This document shows positions 34,995 to 37,110 of a DNA stretch of 37,110 nucleotides, piece after piece; position 1 is the first letter of the stretch; every line of letters begins with the position of its first letter. The stretch is taken from NCBI GenBank assembly GCA_035946655.1, contig DASYZD010000063.1, forward strand, positions 1 through 37,110, in the 5' to 3' direction. The notes below the pieces were generated by a model, which ran no database searches, was not told the DNA's origin, and saw nothing but the letters and a program-made list of their open reading frames with translations. The stretch is from Stellaceae bacterium (lineage in GTDB: Bacteria > Pseudomonadota > Alphaproteobacteria > ATCC43930 > CGMCC-115725). Made by a program: the position numbers and the translations under genes.

Positions 34995-35284
34995 CGCAGC
35001 GCTTGCGGATTAACGGGTCAGATCGGCGGTAAGCGGCTGGCCGACCAACTGTCGTCAGCGCGCCGCCGGCAGCAGGGGATGGTGGTCGCCGCCGCCGGCC
35101 CGCAGGCGGTCCAGCCGCTGGGCCGCGCTCGGCGCGACTTGGCGTGAAGCTCCAAGTGCGCGCGATCACGAATAGCCAGGGAAGCCGCGCGGTCGGCGAA
35201 ATATTTGCTTAAGCGCGAGGACCGCTCTCTTGGTCGGCTCGGATAACCGCAGCGCCTCCCGCTCGATTTGAGCTGCAAAATCTG

Positions 35285-35323
35285 AACTCATCGATGATGA
35301 GTTGTCATAGCGTATCATCGATG
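35285..35323. promoter_or_regulatory. Palindromic operator-like sites in AT-rich island upstream of hyfB-like gene
   Basis: AACTCATC-GAT-GATGAGTT at 35285..35303. Two copies of the 8-bp palindrome CATCGATG at 35289 and 35316, 27 bp apart. Confidence 0.45.
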
Positions 35324-35492
35324 GATTACATATCAGATATCAAGATCAGATTGTAGATTTTTCTCTCGGACGCATTGACCATACGAACCGGGTAAGGTAC
35401 CGATGGGCTACGCAGGTGGGCCCGGATGCACCTCGGTTCGCCGTTCTTCGAAATTGTGTTGAGCCGGCCGGTACGGGCTTGCGCGGCTAGAA

Positions 35493-37110
35493 ATGCTCGA
35501 ATTTATCGTCGCGACCGGGCTGTTGGTCCTGGGTGGCTTTGCCGCTGTCATCCTCGGCGCACGGCCGCGCGTGGCTCAGCGCGCCGGCCAGATCGGAGCG
35601 ATCTCCGGGTCCGCTCTGGGGCTTCTCGTATCGATACGCGTGCTCGTGGCCGGACCGACCGAGGGGATGTCCGGTGTTTGGCCGATGCCGGGCGGTGGTC
35701 TACACCTCGAAATCGACGCGCTGTCGGCGTTTTTCCTGATCCCGGTCTTCGGGCTCTCGGCAGTGACCGGGATTTACGGCCGCAGCTATCTTGTGGGCGG
35801 CGATCCTGCGAGCGACGGCGGGAGGGGATCGGCGGCGACCTGGTTCCATCTCAATCTGTTGACCGCGGCGATGGCGCTGGTGATCACCGCGCGCGACGGC
35901 CTCCTCTTCCTCCTCGCCTGGGAGATCATGGCGCTTGCCCCGTTCTTCCTCGTCATTTTCGACGATCGGCAGGCGAGCGTGCGGCACGCCGCCTGGACCT
36001 ACCTCGCGGCAACTCATCTGGGGACCGCGTTTCTCCTGGTGCTGTTCGTGCTTCTCGGCGGGCTCGCCGGAACCTCGGATTTCTCAGGCTATGCGGCCGC
36101 CCTCGAAGCCCACCCGGCGCTGTCATCGGGGGTATTCCTGCTGGCGCTGATCGGCTTCGGCTCGAAGGCCGGGATCGTCCCCGCCCATGTCTGGCTGCCC
36201 GAAGCGCATCCGGTCGCGCCGAGCCACGCGTCCGCGCTCATGTCGGGAGCGATGATTAAGGTCGGGATCTATGGGCTCGTCCGCATCCTGACGATGCTCG
36301 GCACCCCGCCGGCGTGGTGGGGCTGGCTGCTGATCGCGGTCGGCGCGTCGAGCGGCGTTTTGGGGGTCCTCTTCGCCCTTGCGCAACACGATCTGAAGCG
36401 CCTTCTGGCGTATCACAGCGTCGAGAATATCGGGATCATCCTGATCGGCCTCGGTCTGGGCGTCCTCGGGCTGGCGCACGGGTCGGTCGCCATTGCCGTC
36501 ATCGGTTTTGCCGCCGGCCTCCTCCACGTCCTCAACCATTCGATCTTCAAGGGGCTGTTGTTTCTCGGCGCCGGTGCGGTGAGCCACGCCGCGCACAGCC
36601 TCGAACTCGAGGAACTCGGCGGCCTCCTGAAGCGGATGCCGTGGACCGGGACGACATTCCTCATCGGCTCGGCGGCGATCGTCGGGCTGCCGCCGCTCAA
36701 CGGTTTCGTCAGCGAATTCCTGGTTTTTTATGGCGGCTTCGCCGGGCTCCTCCAGCCGACGGTGAATATCGCGGTCGCCGGGTTGATCGCGCTCGTCGTC
36801 ATGGGGCTGATCAGCGGATTGGCCGCGGCCTGCTTTGCCAAAGCCTTCGGCATCGTGTTCCTCGGCAACGCGCGCAGCCATGAAGCTAGGGACGCGCACG
36901 AGGCGGCGTGGCCGATGTGCGTCGCGATGGCGATCCTCGCCCTCTTGTGCGTGGCGATCGGCCTCGCGGCGCCGGCGGTCGTCTCGTCGATGGCGAGCGT
37001 CGTCGCCGGGGCGAGCGGGCTTGGTCTCGGAGAGGTCCGCGCATCGCTTGCGACGGTTGCCGCCCCTCTGCGAAGCGTCGTCCTCGTCTTTGCCGTCCTC
37101 ATCCTCGCCG
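35493..37110 (+). CDS. hyfB: Hydrogenase-4 component B / formate hydrogenlyase subunit 3 (HyfB/HycC, NuoL-like antiporter subunit), 3' end outside window
   Basis: The frame is open from the ATG at 35493 to the window end, and is absent from the track because no stop is reached. Motifs: AHVWLPEAHPVAPSHASALMSGAMIKVGIYG, LAYHSVENIGIILIGLG, LLHVLNHSIFKGLLFLGAG, GLPPLNGFVSEF. Confidence 0.85.
   Translation, partial: MLEFIVATGLLVLGGFAAVILGARPRVAQRAGQIGAISGSALGLLVSIRVLVAGPTEGMSGVWPMPGGGLHLEIDALSAFFLIPVFGLSAVTGIYGRSYLVGGDPASDGGRGSAATWFHLNLLTAAMALVITARDGLLFLLAWEIMALAPFFLVIFDDRQASVRHAAWTYLAATHLGTAFLLVLFVLLGGLAGTSDFSGYAAALEAHPALSSGVFLLALIGFGSKAGIVPAHVWLPEAHPVAPSHASALMSGAMIKVGIYGLVRILTMLGTPPAWWGWLLIAVGASSGVLGVLFALAQHDLKRLLAYHSVENIGIILIGLGLGVLGLAHGSVAIAVIGFAAGLLHVLNHSIFKGLLFLGAGAVSHAAHSLELEELGGLLKRMPWTGTTFLIGSAAIVGLPPLNGFVSEFLVFYGGFAGLLQPTVNIAVAGLIALVVMGLISGLAAACFAKAFGIVFLGNARSHEARDAHEAAWPMCVAMAILALLCVAIGLAAPAVVSSMASVVAGASGLGLGEVRASLATVAAPLRSVVLVFAVLILA

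Noticed and set aside
35018-35291. Minus-strand ORF 35018..35278 (86 aa, TTG start) and a 27-codon ATG ORF starting at 35291 inside the palindrome.
   Set aside because: The translations are low-complexity and Arg-rich, with no motif. The short ORF ends at TAA after 27 codons. There is no RBS, so I treat the region as non-coding.

Overview
GC-rich chromosomal segment. I infer an alphaproteobacterium (Rhizobiales/Rhodospirillales-like) from Flp pilins, a CtrA-type box and REP-like palindromes whose spurious translations look Rhizobiales-typical. I could run no searches; every product call comes from reading motifs in the translations. The window is densely coding, with about 37 genes and no transposase, integrase, CRISPR array, rRNA or tRNA.

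Gene content, in order:
- Glycogen genes: glgX 3' end and malQ.
- A leaderless orphan TRAP solute-binding protein, an SDR, a PurM paralogue, a membrane-anchored CX5R phosphatase and a MOSC protein.
- An envelope block: two tandem flp pilin genes, GT2, GT87/DUF2029, a split ThDP decarboxylase and a third flp.
- An MFS transporter, an Atm1-type ABC exporter, meaB and a decayed panE remnant.
- A small secreted protein, a bacterial GH3 enzyme and an amidohydrolase.
- An amidase, then a GatC-like small subunit translationally coupled to a PAS-GGDEF cyclase.
- A MetE-like methyltransferase, an HACL/Oxc-family ThDP lyase and a second MFS transporter.
- A minus-strand oxidoreductase cluster (GST, amine oxidase, LLM, bicupin dioxygenase, SDR) with a divergent MmgE/PrpD gene.
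- The 5' part of a HyfB/HycC-type group-4 hydrogenase membrane subunit, which runs off the window.

Features the supplied ORF track misses:
1. A SelW-like (Rdx-family) selenoprotein gene at 8310..8543 (-). It has an in-frame TGA in a C-x-x-U motif and a hairpin downstream of the TGA.
2. Two 53-aa Flp pilin genes, below the 60-aa cutoff.
3. The hyfB-like ORF, which has no stop in the window.

Other points worth a second look:
- A phased 21-22 bp CAGGGAATTT repeat array upstream of an MFS gene.
- A perfect TTAA-N7-TTAAC box upstream of the third flp.
- A roughly 40% GC palindrome-rich island upstream of hyfB.
- A composite 114-bp REP-like palindrome.

I see no clear novel multi-gene system. The selenoprotein and the regulatory repeat array are the strongest leads.
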